DNA of 64,000 nucleotides from Octopus vulgaris (GCA_951406725.2 OX597837.1:47802001-47866000); one strand, 5' to 3'; shown: positions 46,837 through 61,116, counted from the stretch's first letter. Program-made: numbers and translations. Notes: generated from the sequence alone by a model not told the origin.

Positions 46837-47220
46837 ACGTGGAGGCGCAATGGCCCAGTGGTAAGGGCAGTGGACTCGCGGTCGTAGGATCGCGGTTTCG
46901 ATTCCCAGACCGGGCGTTGTGAGTGTTTATTGAGCGAAAACACCTAAAAGCTCCACGAGGCTCCGGCAAGGGATGGTGGTGATCCCTGCTGTACTCTTTC
47001 ACCACAACTTTCTCTCACTCTTCCTGTTTCTGTTGTACCTGTATTTCAAGGGGCCGGCCTTGTCACTCTCTGTGTCACGCTGAATATCCCCGAGAACTAC
47101 GTTAAGGGTACACGTGTCTGTTGAGTGCTCAGCCACTTACACGTTAATTTCACGAGCAGGCTGTTCCGTTGATTTGGATCAACCAGAACCCTCATCGTCA
47201 TAACCGACGGAGTGCTTCCA
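46837..47220 (+). mobile_element. Full-length tRNA-derived SINE (third family) with 13-bp TSD
   Basis: tRNA-like head tggcccagtggtaagggcagtggactcgcggtc...ggtttcgattccc; TSD tgatgatctgatg at 46824-46836 and 47221-47233; CpG-rich, so probably young. Confidence 0.88.
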
Positions 47221-48271
47221 TGATGATCTGATGGTGAGATTAAAGAAAAGCAGAGAGGTGGTGGTGGTGATAGTGAGTGCATAGTGAAAAGTAATTTTCT
47301 TAATTGAACTTAGTTTTTTTTATGTCACCTACAAGTTGAAATGTGTATTGGCTCTGACCCATTGCCTTGGGTCAGAGTATACCACGTAGCATTAACTGTT
47401 TATGCCTGTGAAATTGTGACCCCAATATTTTACACATAAAATAATTTTTTTAATATTAAATTTTTATTTTTTAGATGCGAAATTGTGACTATGTAATTTT
47501 TTCTGTTTGTGGGGAAAATGGAAAAATAAGAGTGAATATTTATTTTATGAGTGCTGTGTATTAAGTTTATAAAATTGTGCATAAAGTATATAAAGTGCAT
47601 TAAGTAATCATTATATTCCAATTTCCTTCACTTTTCAATGAATAGCTGATGAGTGACTATCTTTTGATACAGACACAAGACAGGTTACGCTTTCAGGATT
47701 TTTGGATAAAGTTTTCAGGAATAACCCAATAAGTTTACCATTAATTCCGAGAAATATTCGCAGGTTCCACTAGTCTATAATAATTGGTAGAAAGATTACT
47801 GTCTCTGTTCACTGTTTATAATATGGTTTTCATTTACTATAAATATCTCATTGTCTATAATAATACATAGAACTGTTACTGTTTCTGCATGTTTGCTATT
47901 TACCATGTTGCTTGTGTTTACCACAAATATTTTCTTCACTGTTTATGTGTTTAATAATAGATTAGAAATATTGCTGGCTGTTCACTGTTGTGTTCATGAC
48001 TAAATCGGATTTCGTTGTTCACTGTTATCTGTTAAAAATGCTCATGTTCAGTATGTTCCCATTTACTTTTGTTTATACTTACTATGTTATATATTTTTCA
48101 TTCTGTTATTGGATTTCTGTCATTGGGCTGTAGCCTTGCTGGGGAACCACCTTGAAGGGTTTTAGTTAATTATAACCATTCTAGCATTTTTTCTTGTATT
48201 TTATTGACCTTGAAAAGAAGAGAATATATTTTGGATTAATGCAGAGATTTTCTATCCCTTACCAACACACA

Positions 48272-51130
48272 ATCATCAACATCATTTAGTGTTCATTGTT
48301 CATGCTGGCACAGGTTGGATGGTTTGACCAGGGCTGGCAAGCTGGAAGGCTACACCAGAGTCCAGTCTGATTTGGTGTGGTTCCTACAGCTGGATGCTTT
48401 TCCTAACACCAACCACTTCAAGAGTGTAATGGGTACTTTTATATGCCACTGGCATGGGTGCCATTTGTGTGACACCAGTATCTGCCATGACTGGCTTTAC
48501 TTGGCTTGATGGGTCTTCTTCTCCAGTATGACATAATACCAAAGGTCTTGGTCATTGCCTCTGTGAAGCTCAACCACTTTGCCTCCTTGAGGCCTAATGC
48601 TTGAAAGGTGCTTTTTCGTGTCACTGGCACAGGTGCCAGTTACATGACACCAGCATCAGCCACGACTATGATTTCACTTGGCAGGTCTTTTCAAGCACAG
48701 CATATCACCAAAAATCTTGGTCACAAGTCATTGCTGCCATCAAGCCCAAAGTTCAAAGATCATGCTTCACACCTCGTCCTATATCTTCCTGGGTCTACTT
48801 CTTCCACAGATTCCTTCCACAGTTAGAGATTGATATTTCTTTACACAGTTGTCCTCATCCATCTGCATCACATGACTATACCAGTGCAGTTGTCTCTCTT
48901 GCACACCACATCTGATGTCTCTTATGCCCAACTTTTCTCTTAAGATGCTTACACACTGTTGAACATGCACATTGATGTACATCCAGTGAAGCATACTGGC
49001 TTCATTTCTTTCAAGCCTACGCATCTCCTCAGCTGTCACAGCCCATGTTTCACTGACATGTAGCATAGATGTTCGCACACATGCACCATGAAATCTGCCT
49101 TTCACACAGAGAGAGGCCCTTTGTTGCTAGCAGAGGTAGGAACTCTCTGAACTCTGCTCGGCCTAATCTTATTCTCACTGCTACACTCTCAGAGCATCCA
49201 CCTCTGATACTAACTTGATCACCTAGATAACAAAAGCTATCTACTGCCTCTAGCTTAGCCCACTGGTAGTTAATAGAGTCTATTTTCTGAACATTTATGT
49301 TTTATTGTACCTGTGCATCTTCCACACACAAAAGCTTTTTTCCGTTAACTTCCCTCTGATGTTGCTGCACCTCTATGTGTCCAAAGCTTACACTGGGTGC
49401 AATTTATGGAGTTTCTACTTACACCTTTTTTACAGATTGAGCAGGGCCTTCTACCCAAAGGGATTTGTGATATAAAGACTTTGGTTTTTGCTAGGTTAAC
49501 TCTAAGGCCCTTCCATTCTAGACCTTCCATATCTGGAACTTCTAGTTCTGGTAGTGATTCAGCTATAAGAACAAGGTCATCAGCATAGAGGTACATGGTT
49601 TGTATTTGACAGCTCTCACCAACCACTCGTCTATCCTTAGTTTTTGCATTGACCTCTTGATAAAGGCTCAAGGAATCCTGTGAAAGGCTTTCTCCAAGTC
49701 AACAAAGGCCAAGTACAGAAGTTTGTCTTTGGCTAGGTATTTCTTCTGCGGCTGCCTTATCAGAAATATAGCATCTGTGGTGCTTCTCCCTGGCACAAAA
49801 CCAAACTGCATCTCACCTAGACTAACTCTCTCCCTAAATAGTTAGGCTATGACCCTCTCCATAAATTTCACCACCTGATCCAACAATTTGATACCTCTGT
49901 AATTATTTCTAAGGCATCACCTTTACCTTTGTAGTAGTTAACTATGGTGCTACTACACTAGTCATTGGGTAAGACTCCTTCATAAACCACCTGATTTACA
50001 ATACTGGTGAGTAGACCATAACCCATACTGCCAGATATTTTAAGTATCTCAGTGGTGATTCCTGATGAGCTGGGAACTTTCTTCATGTCCTTAATTGCTT
50101 TATTTACCAAGGCACTGTCGATTTGGATAGCTGGTCCCTCAGTTGAGTCAGCATTTGGCAGACTCTCCTCCTCCCATCCGTTATCCACATTCAACAGTCT
50201 TTCATAATGGCATTTCCAAGCCTCTTTGCAGAATTTTCAATGCAAGTGCACCATCATCCATGCAGATACATTTCTCTCCTATCATACCACAATTTTCTCT
50301 CACACACTGTCTTGCAATCTACAACACTTCAAGCCTTTGGTCTTCATGTCGCTGAACATAGACAAACTTCTTCTTTTCTGCTTCTCCCTTGGCTAGATAC
50401 ACCTGTCTTCTAGCTTCCCTTCTGGCTATTTGATACAGTTCCCTGCTACCCCCACTCTTCCAGACCTGTGTCTTTGCTCTAAAGGCCCTGTCTACAGGAT
50501 CGTTCCACTACCATGTCAACTTAGATCTGGATGGGACTTAGCATCAGTCACAGATTTGGTCTGTGACACTCAACAAGGTGACCCGCAGGAATTCCCAGTT
50601 GCCCTCTATGTTACATGTCTGTAGCTGCTCCTCCTTCATCAAATTTCTCAGTTAGGATGTCCCTAAATCTCTGACCATATGAAGAGTCCTTGAACTTCCA
50701 AATCCTTCTTTTCAAAGGTTGGTCTGCTTCTTGGCATCCTTCTGGTCTGGAGTCTAAAGTCACTAATGACTAGTCTATGCTGGGGTGTACATTCTTCACC
50801 ACAGAGGATCTTTGTATTTAAGTGCAACCATGCGTCCTGCTGTCTGGTGAGAATGTAATCAATCTGGCTAGCAGAGTCACCTGATTGGTAGGTTATCAGG
50901 TGGCTGGTTGGCTTCCTGAAGTTGGTGTTGCAGATCAATAGGTTATTTGCGTCACAGAGCTCCAGTAGCCTTGTACCCTCTTAATTTTGTGAACCAATTC
51001 CATGGTCCCCTTGTACACCATGGAAGATACCGGACTGCTGACTGACTTACTCTTTGAAATCCCCAGCCACAAAGATGGTCATTTTGCATGGTATAATAGT
51101 GTCCAGAACAGAGGAGATGACAGGTTTCTG
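48272..51130 (-). mobile_element. Degenerate long RTE LINE (endonuclease C-terminus to tail), inverted relative to 36530-38930
   Basis: ICNTNFRKPTSHLITYQSG...SQIDYIL...QHRLVISD, LYADDLVL, CSICKKGVSRNSINCTQCKLWTH, ETWAVTAEEMRRLERNE. Confidence 0.9.
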
Positions 51131-51471
51131 CACAGTTTCTAATAAATTTCACTTGTGTGGCGGTTAATCCAACTCCATGATAGAAGATATTTGCTTAGAG
51201 TGCTATGGAGTAGATTCAGACTCTGAATTGTGAGGTAGTGAAGTGAACCTCTTAACTACACAGCCATGCTTGTGCTGATATATGTTTACTGTATTGCTAT
51301 TGTTCAGTTGTGCACAAAATGCTGTCTGTGTTCACAGTTTTGTTTACATCCACTCTGAATGGATGTAAACAATGTCCACACCACAGTGAAATAATATTAC
51401 TTGTTCACTATGTCCTCTAGAAATATATGCATTCACTGTCTACTATAAAAGCCCTTATTCATTGTCTACAG

Positions 51472-51573
51472 GTTGATGACAGCCCTGACAAAATCCATGC
51501 TTCAGACAGGACAGCCATTAAACAGGTTATTGTTGATTTGATGCTGAAAACACCAGAACAGATACAGAACCAG
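51472..51573 (+). CDS. CSE1L: Exportin-2 coding exon 3
   Basis: ctacag|GTT...CAG|gtatgt; VDDSPDKIHASDRTAIKQVIVDLMLKTPEQIQNQ. Confidence 0.96.
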
Positions 51574-52669
51574 GTATGTAGAGTTTTGTTGTTATTTTTG
51601 GCATCATTGTCATCATATTTATCATCATCATTATACTTTTCATACATATCCTCCTCATCATCATCAGTGTAATCACCATCGTATGTGTGTGTGTGTGTGC
51701 TGACAAGGGTTCTAAGATCAGTTACTGTGCAAAGTGTAGACTCCAACATTTTAGGAACTTGGTCTTTGCCTGAGAGTGTGGAATTGTCATGATTTGAGCT
51801 GTGACAACTAAATGAGGTCTCTGTAGTTTGCTAGCTTCAGACAAATGCACTGTTGTTAACCTTGTAGATAAAGTGGAGAGGATGAGGACTTATTTGAGGA
51901 AGGGTTTTATAGCTGAATGCTCTTCTTGTTGCCAATCGTTATTTTTTTTCAAATAAGGAATTTTTTTATTTCACAAATCTTTGAAAGTGCAGAGTACCCA
52001 GCTATATTATGTCAATAAGCAAGGTAGACACCATAATTATCATTTTAGTTAAGCAAAGCTGTAGGAAGTCAATATTCCTACACACATACACACTTCCTAC
52101 GACCTGTGCCTATCAAATTCACTCATTGTAGAAGAAGGCATTTATCTAAGGTATTGTGCAGTGGGCTGAACCCCAAACCAGTTGGTTGCAAAGTGAAATT
52201 CATAAAAAACCACACAGCCATGCATGTGCTCTGTGTAAATACAAATTCCTTTTATTCTTTTATTGGTTTTAGTCATTAGATTCTGGTCATGTGAAGACAT
52301 GACTTGTTTTCTAGGGTTTTTAATCAGTCATTGTCTTGAGTAAGTTTAGCACGTTATGTAGTTGTTGAATAAGTCTTGAGTATATATTTTAGCCTGGTAC
52401 TTATTGTATCAAAGGGCTAACAGCAGGTTTATAACTGGCAGTGTTTCTGTCAAACAAGATCGAGTGAGTAAAAAGCTCTTCACTTTCAAAGACCCCTGGA
52501 ATAAAAACTCTTTTACTTGACAAATAGGTAAAGGTGATAACAGAAAATAAGTTGTCAATTATCTTTTGGCGACAAAATAAAGTGTTTTTTGCACAACTCT
52601 TTTTTTACTACAAAAATAACCTCAAAAAGAAGGTCAGATCATACAATTTTGAGGTCTTTAGGTAAGGGA

Positions 52670-53498
52670 GGCAACTCATCCCATGTCTTCCTAGGTCTAC
52701 CTCCACAGTTAGGGATTGGCTGTCCACATCCATACATTTCACATGGCCACAGCAATGCAGTTGTCTCTCTTGTCACCACACCTGATGCCTTTTATGCCCA
52801 ACTTTTATCTCAAGACACACTGTCATACATGCACACTGACATTGCACATGCAGTGAAGCATACTGGCTTCATTTCTTTCAAGCCTACACAGCCCATGTTT
52901 CACTGCTGTGTAGCATAGCTGTTCATACAGTCTGCCTTTCACTCTGAAGGAGAGGCCCTTTGTTGTTCAGGAGCTCTCTGAACCTTTCCCAGTCTACTCT
53001 TATTCTCACAGCTATGCTCTCGGAGAAGCCACTTCTGCTACTAACTTGGTTACCTACTCTGGCTTACCCCACTGGCAGTTGATGGAGTCTATTTTCTGTA
53101 CATTTTCAGTGTTTATTGTACTTATGCACCTTCCATGCACAAAAACTATTTTCCCAGTTAAACTTCATCTGATATTGCTGTACCTCTTATGTGTCCATAG
53201 CTTGCACAAAGGTGACAAAGGACCAAGATATCCAGCACCTTGCTGTACTCAAGAAAACTCATCCATCATAGCAGAATTGATACCAGTGCTGCTGCAGCAT
53301 AAAAAGCACTGGTACTGGTGCCACATAAAAAACACCTAATACACTCTGTGAAGTGGTTGGTGTTAGGAAGGGCATCCAGCCATAGAAACCATGCCAGAAC
53401 AGACCCTACTGTCTGGTGTGGCACCCAGGCTTACCAGCCCCTGTCAAACCGTCCAAACATGCCAGCATGGAAAACGGACGTCAAATGATGATGATGAT
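52670..53498. mobile_element. RTE fragments: ORF end on minus (52670-53210) and 3' UTR/tail on plus (53280-53498)
   Basis: Degenerate match to the RTE ORF C-terminus; gttaggaagggcatccagccatagaaaccatgcc...atgatgatg. Confidence 0.75.
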
Positions 53499-54667
53499 AT
53501 GGTATTTTATTAATTACACACTAAAAAAAAAGTCATCAGAAATGATTATGTAAAGAAAGATTTTGGTTATAAATTAAATCACAAACAAAAAATGCTTTCC
53601 CCTAATCTCTTTTGCAGCTTACACCTATCAGAAACAGCACCCAATTATACTTATAATTTCAACACAGACGCAAAATTGATTCCTCTCTTTTGCTCCATAT
53701 ACATAATAGTTTGTTAGGTGATCATACTGATCAAAAAAATCAATAGCAAAGTTGAAAAAAGAATACCCAACAGACTTCATATCAAGTTTTAAAGGTATTT
53801 TTTATACCAACTCTTGCAAAATGCCAGTCGTCAGTTATTCTTCAGATATTTCATTCCAAGTCACTTCTTGAAAATTAGATGGATTGAAGTCAGGTATTGG
53901 AGTATGCATAAAGAAATAGGTATATTACTCTGGTTATCATCTCCGTAGTTTTATTTGTCATTATAATTCAGGGGACTAAAGTTGTCTCCCTTAGATTAGA
54001 GACTTCACAATGCCCTTTAAGCCAAAGATAAAGTAACTGGTTCAATTTGTACCCTTTCATTTAGTACAGGACTGACAGACAGATATGGTACTGTGTAAAT
54101 CGTATCATACAAGAAGCCAAGAGTTGAAATAAATATTTAATGCTGAAGAAACTAGAAGAAAATGCCAAAAAGCCTTTTATAGCAGGTACAAAAAGTGGTT
54201 GGCAGATTCAAAGCATCTAAAGATCAAATCATAATAGCATTAGGTTATAATGCATTAGGTGGCAGTTTATGCGCTGGTTAATTATGGGACAGCATGACAT
54301 AAACATTAACAGTTCTTGTACTGGTGTAAACGTAAACACACACATACATATGATATTCTCATTTCAATGATTATTTAATTTTTTGTTATTTTCATTGATT
54401 ATCTTGAAAATTGTATCTCCCTTGATTTATGCGATTTTGATTTGCACAGAGACTCATAAATTGAGGTAAAGTCGTATGTGTGTGTGTAATCTATAACCTA
54501 AAACTATATATATACACACACACACGTGTGTGTGTCTCATAACTTGTAGCTATAGGTGTTTTATGCATGTGTATACACTCATGTTTATATGTATGACCTG
54601 TAGTGTGTGTTTTGTATACATGTAAGTGTATAGTGTGTAACTTACAGCCATATGTGTTCTGTTTCAG

Positions 54668-54813
54668 TTGAGTGATGCCATTAGTATTATTGGTCGAGAA
54701 GACTTTCCTGATAAATGGCCAGATCTAATCCGTGAAATGGTTGAACATTTGGTCAGCCGAGATTTCCATATTGTGAATGGGATTCTGAGGACAGCACATT
54801 CGTTATTTAAAAG
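54668..54813 (+). CDS. CSE1L: Exportin-2 coding exon 4
   Basis: tttcag|TTG...AG|gtaagt; LSDAISIIGREDFPDKWPDLIREMVEHLVSRDFHIVNGILRTAHSLFK(R). Confidence 0.97.
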
Positions 54814-55929
54814 GTAAGTGTCAGGGTAAGGTCGTTTGGGGTTGTGGGATGTTTGTGCTGAGTTAGATTTTCTGGCAACCTTTACCACACTCCATGCTTC
54901 TTTGACGATACTCTCTGTTTCCACTGTTCCCTCTGTTGTTCTATCCATTACAGTTCTTTCATAGCAATAAATCCATTCATCAAGAGATGTTCACCTTGTG
55001 ACTTCACCAGTGTTGGTGCCATAAAAAGCACCCAGTACATTCTATGAACAATTATTAAACTGAAGTGAGCAGCAGCAATCAAGGATAGAGATTCTTTAAT
55101 TTTGCTAATGCCATGAAAAATGTTCCCAGTATACTCCCTAAAATGGTTGATGTTAGAAAGGGTATTCAGCCATTGAAATCTTATCAAAGCTTTAGAGCAG
55201 GTCATGATCCTTTGACCACTAAATCTTGTCAAACCAGCATGGTAAACAGGTGTAAAATGATGATGATGACAATTGTGGGTTCAGCTACAGCCTTTGATAT
55301 TTCTTCTGGGATTCTTTTTTTTTTTGTCACATTTTGTGAAGAACAGTTTTATTACTTATAGGTATTCTATGAACCAATAATTGGTTCACTGTTTGTGATA
55401 TTGAGAAAGGCAAGGGAATATCTTTGAAACTTTGACAGAATAATTACCACGAGGTAATTTTTGTAACACATTTGTTTAACAGTTCTCTTTTCGATGTTTA
55501 TATTTTCTGCTGATATACACTAGCAAAAGCTATGTACATTTATGTAGGTGCAGTGTGATTGGGTAGGTCTGAGTTTGATCTCACTGTGTGTTATCTTAAG
55601 CAAGTGTCCCCTACTCTAACATGAGACTAACAAATGCTTTTGTGAAATTTAGATGGAGACGTTATGAAAACATGTCATATGCGTTTATGCTTATGCATGT
55701 ACATTCTTGTTTCTGTTTATCCTTGCATCGTACCATTTAAGCCAAAAATGATGACACTTGTTTACACGCCCTGTAAGCATCTGGTATCTCAGTATTTCTA
55801 TTAGTTTCAGTATGTGAAAACCAGTGGAATAAAAAATATATTACGTGTAGGGATTAGCAAAAGGAAGGACATATGAATACCATAAGTTTTGTTGAATCCA
55901 TGACAACAGGATAAAAAACCAAATTAGAA

Positions 55930-57130
55930 CAATGTCTTCCTCAGCTTTCTCTTCTGATTCCTTCCAATATAACATTTCTTTGCCCATCTCTTATCATCCA
56001 AGCATGTCTGTACCATTGCAGTTGTCTTTCTTGCACATTTCATCCAATTCCTCTCATACCCATTATTTTTTCTTTTTGGCTCATCTTTGCTTCATTAGTC
56101 ATGTATGCTCTTTCTTCCACAAATTTTCTACATTAACCAATCTCTCATAGTAACATTTTCAGGCTTCTTTCTTCTCAGCATCAATGGCTGTAAGTGCACC
56201 ATTGTCATTTCACACATACTTTTTCTCATCATCTTGATTTACCCTGACATACTGCATTTCAATCTGGAATACCTCATACTTCTGATCCTCTCATCACAGA
56301 ACACTGGCAAATCCCCTGCTTTTGACTTCTCTCTGCTCTGTGTAAACTTGTCTAGCTTCTTTTGTGGTAATTGTGATGTTGGTTTTTACTACTACTTCTT
56401 TTTTTTTTTATTCTTTGCAAGCTGGTCTTTTAGCTTTTATGGCTTTAGCCTCAGTAGTATTCCATTACCTTGTTATCCTTTCACTTAGCTGGAGCCTTTC
56501 TCCAGCTGTAGATCTGTTCTGTAGCTTTCTGGCAGTTATCTTGTAGAATCTCCCAGTTGTTTTCTGTGTTATAGTTTTTGATATTCTCTTCATTTACATC
56601 ATATGCATCATCTGGAATTGCTTTGAAGAATGCATTTAGCAGAGGATTGCCAGCATTAGTCTGTCCTGTTTCCCGGTGAAAATGAAACCTACTTGATTGG
56701 TAGGTGATCGAATGGCTGATTCATTTCCTGAAGTTTGTGCTGCAGATAGTAAATTCATTTGCATCACAAAAGTCCAGGAGCCTTGATCTATTGTCATTTC
56801 TAGATCCATATCAATAGTCACCATATATTCCACAATAGACATCATGGTGTTGCCCAACATGTCCATTAAAGTCGTCAGCAATGACAATGGTGTTGTTGTT
56901 GTTTGTTATCAAAGTAGTTCATAAAAGAGCCTCGTAAAAAGTCTTTTTGTTTGTCAGAATGTCATGGTTGTAATATGTTAGCAGAGATAATTGCTTTTGC
57001 TTTGTTATCTACAACAACTCTAAATTTATTTTGTTACATAATCTTGTTACTGGAGTTCAATTACCCACTTTCCATCTGCCTAAATCAATATTGTTACCTT
57101 CTCAGAAGATTTTGTACCAGTTGTCTTTGA
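55930..57130 (-). mobile_element. Highly degenerate RTE endonuclease/linker fragment
   Basis: DDFNGHVG...LLDFCDANEF..CSTNFRK on the minus strand near 56700-56880. Confidence 0.6.
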
Positions 57131-57149
57131 TGGGTGAATCCATGTAAAC

Positions 57150-60100
57150 CAGGGACGAAAAAAGGAACTTTGAAACCCACCATCGCAGATTTTCACCAAA
57201 TTTTGACCAGTTGTTCTTATCAGTAAGAACAGAAAAAGTGAAAAACTTCAGGCTTCCAATTCCTAATGGCTCAAAAGTTCTGACAATTTATAATTTGGCC
57301 CAAATCATCCATTTTTAGGCTAGTGGTGGCCATTTCGAATTTCAATGCCGCAACAAATGATGCAGTAACTTTCAATCTACATGAACTGTTTTGCTGAAAA
57401 TTTGTACCTCACCATTTTTCAGGATGCTGAATCTGAATTGGAAGAGAAAAGAGTACATTTCTTATGGTAAAGTGCTTGTTTTCTTGAATCAAAATGGAAA
57501 TACTTCACTGTTTTCCTCCGAGACTGCTGTGTACTCAAAGCCAAATACTCAGAAGTGTCCAAATCCTACAGCTTTAAAACTGTTTGCACATAAACTGGAC
57601 ATAATCTTTTACTTCTGTGTAAAAAATCTCAATGGTACTCTCAAGACATCAAAAGTTGTTATTCATCTCAGAAGATAATTTTTGAATTTTTCTCAAAAGC
57701 AAATGCTGTGTCAGAAAATTGATTGCGTTTGACCAGTCAGTTAAAAACAATCAATGCATGCAGCATTGATGGTAAGTCACTGTCCAACAGGTAATAATGC
57801 AACAGATATCATTTTCAGACTTCGCTTATATATAACATTTCTGAGCCATATTAATCCTGTTGTGACCAAGAGACTTTGTACACTTCAGTCCACACCAAAT
57901 TTTCACAAGTTCTGGGAATTTTTGTACCATGATGAAACTCTGCACACAATGTTATGTATTCTGTATCAGTAAAGTTTGCATGTCATCATTTTGCTCTATA
58001 TGGTGTTCTTCTTCCAGAAATATTGTCATCAGTTACTTCTGAGCAGCCAATATTTTCCAAAACATGTTGGCACTACATTGAAAAGAGCTCAAATTTTAAT
58101 ATTTTGGTCTATCCACCTTCAGCAGAATGGTTGCCAAAAGAAAACTACACTAGATATGAAGCTTGTTTTTCTTTTGAAACAACAGTAGATAAATTTCAGT
58201 TATATATATCAGACAAATTTTCAGACCTGCTGTTTGTGAATGAAAATCATGAGGAAAGAAAATTAGGGTGTTTGTTTAATTCAATAACTTCTTATCACTT
58301 GGCTGTTTCAATTCACTTGCCCTGAAAGTCGGTCTGAAATCTTGAGCCTAGTATTGCAACAACACTCACTTTCAAGCAGTATAAAAGCATTTAGTTGCAA
58401 GGAGTAGAATTTGAAATCATGTACAATCAATGGAAATTCAAAACTGTTCATGATCTGTTGAACAGTTTTGAAGTGCTGTGTATTCTCAAATACTCATTGT
58501 GATTATGAATTGCACACAATGGATAGAAATCAAGTCATGAAAAGTCAAACTGTAAAAAGATGCACATTCGTCAGCAAAAATGTGTGTTTACCAGGTTGAA
58601 AAAGAGCAAACTTTTAAATTTGGGATAACAATATTGCAGCAAAGGAATTTGGAAAATTTCCATTTTTACAAAACAATATCTTGTGTGGGTGGGGATTTGA
58701 CAGAATGTGTCCTTTTGTCAAAAATTTCATCAAAGTGTGCCTTCCTGTGAGTCATGAGTATGTCTCTTGTTTTCTAGAATATGAGCAGAAGAATAGTGTG
58801 TCAAACTTGGGGAATGAAATAATTGTGCTCCCATATCTCAATTTAAACTCAAAAATACCACAATTCAAACTCTATTGAAAGAAGGCTCAACAATCCTTTT
58901 ACAAACAACAAAATTCCAAACATTCACATGGTAAGTATATCCTTGATCAGTTCAGTGACATTTTTCTGTCAGATGGCACTGTCGAGCAGACAGTGATGAC
59001 AATTGAGGAGGCTCAATTCTGGCAACCACATGTGTCAGTGGTACCGAGCATAAACCATGTCTTGTTGGCCAGCTCAATTTGGAAGGTGCAGATACATGAA
59101 TTTCACCCTCACATCATTTGTCCCCCCAATCTATCTGGACAGCAATGCCAACCCAGTGTCGTTTATTATATCTGCCAAGAAGGTATTGAGAAAGTTTGAT
59201 ATCACCTGTATTAAGTTTGCGCTGAATGTGTTTGTCCTGAAAGTCAAACTCGAGCAATACTCTCAACATTTGACTCTGTTTCATCTTGATTCTGTGGTCT
59301 GAAGTTGGAGCAAACTGGTGATAACTTCTGCTGCCTGGAATAATTTTGGCTAAAGTGAATCTTTCAGTCAGCTCATTTCAACTGGAGTCCATTGCTGTTG
59401 AAGGAATGTACACAAATGTGATTCATTGAATTGAACTTTGACAGAATTCAAAAATCTGTTTTGCAGGCAGAATTTGAGAAGCAGTTGGTCTCTGCAGGCT
59501 GGCTCTTGCTGTCAATCTTTTCACAGTCCTTTCTATTCCATCACAGGGTGACTTACCATGACTGATGGCAAAAAAGTTCCACACACAACTGATTGCTAAA
59601 TCTGTGAGGTGATGATAAGGATTGAGGAAACGCTTGCAATTCTTATATTGAATACCACAACCATCTGAAAAAAAATGAATGACTTCATTTGAAGGATTCA
59701 GCCTTTCCTTTATGTGATCTGTTGTCTCCTTCTGAACCTTGTGAACAAAACCAACATCATGATCAAGATCATCAGAAATGATGCAAATGGAAGAATAGTC
59801 AAGCACAGTTTGATTGCGAAAATAGACAACCACAAGATGGAGTGATCACTGGATCTTATTGCAGTGGTATCCCTGGATTTCATCTTGCACAACAAACGAA
59901 TAGCTTTCAGTGAAGTCTCCCAAAACTTTGGCTTCATTTGGCCCTATCATTTCTTTGAGGTGTTTCAAATAAGTTGACTGGCCATGAGTAATGAATGAAT
60001 GCAAGGTGATTTTGTCAATTTTTTCTTATTTCTTTATTGTCCACAAGGGGCTAAGGGGGGACAAACATCAGGACATAAGTCGATTAGATCGTCGCCAGTG

Positions 60101-60660
60101 CGTAACTGGTACTTAATTTATCAACCCTGAAAGGATGAAAAGCAAAGTTGACCTTGACGGAATTTATAATAATAATCCGTTCTACTATAGGCACAAGGCC
60201 TGGATTTGTGTGTGTATGTGTATGGGGGGAGGGTACACTCGATCGCATCGACCTCAGTATTTGACTGGTACTTAATTTGTCAACCCCTAAGGAATGAAAG
60301 CAAAGTTGACATCGGCGGAATTTGAACTCAGAATGTTGCGGCAGACGAAATACCTATTTCTTTACTACCCACAAGGGGCTAAACATAGAGAGGACAAACG
60401 GATTAAGTTGATTATATCGACCCCAGTGCATAACTGGTACTTATTTAATCGACCCCCAAAAGGATGAAAGGCAAAGTCAACCTTGGCGGAATTTGAACTC
60501 AGAACGTACCGGCAGACGAAATACCACTAAGCATTTCGCTTGGCCTGCTAACGTTTGTGCCAGCTCGCCACCTTCAGTGTCAAATTTTTCTGTTAGAAGG
60601 TCAACAAATTCTTGAACAGACAGTGACAAGTTCAGTTCTGTCACTTTCAAACCAGCAGAA
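57150..60660 (-). mobile_element. Sola (Sola2-like) DNA transposon remnant
   Basis: GDFTESYSFVVQDEIQGYH...IISDDLDHD...HFFSDGCGIQYKN...WNFFAISHGKSPCDGIERTVKR, a DDD transposase motif set. Boundaries approximate. Confidence 0.7.
60024..60573 (-). mobile_element. Three stacked Deu/Nin-like SINE copies inserted in the transposase
   Basis: ctggtacttaattta...aaaggatgaaaggcaaagt occurs three times; similar tgtcaa(a)ttttt sequences lie on both flanks. Confidence 0.85.
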
Positions 60661-61116
60661 ATTTTTTAAAATTCGTTATTTCTGAATCTGACTGATTTCT
60701 GGATTAATCTACAAGGATTCTTCCTTCTTCAGCAAGAAACATGGTTAGAAATAAATGGAATACTCACATATACCCATGGAAAAAGCAGATGTAAAGTCAC
60801 ATGTATGTTTAAGTACCTCAAATATATCTAAAATTTCTGCCGGCTTGCTTTCCTTGTTTCAGCATGCTGTGTATTTATATTGAAAAATATTATATGTGGT
60901 TAGACGATCTAAAGTCTATTTTTTTGCATATAGACATAGAAAATTTTTCCTTTTGCCCTTATTTATAATTGTTTATCTTTTCACCTTGAAAGGTATTTTA
61001 ATATGCTGGCCACTGATTATTTTTTTAATCGTTTTTGAAAAATGTTTTCCTTATATTAGAAGTATATATATATATATGTACGTATATATTCCTCTCCGTG
61101 TTTCTTCATATTCCAG

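Noticed and set aside
46839-46915. tRNA gene
   Set aside because: The cloverleaf is imperfect and continues into a ~300-bp body bounded by a TSD, so it is a SINE head.
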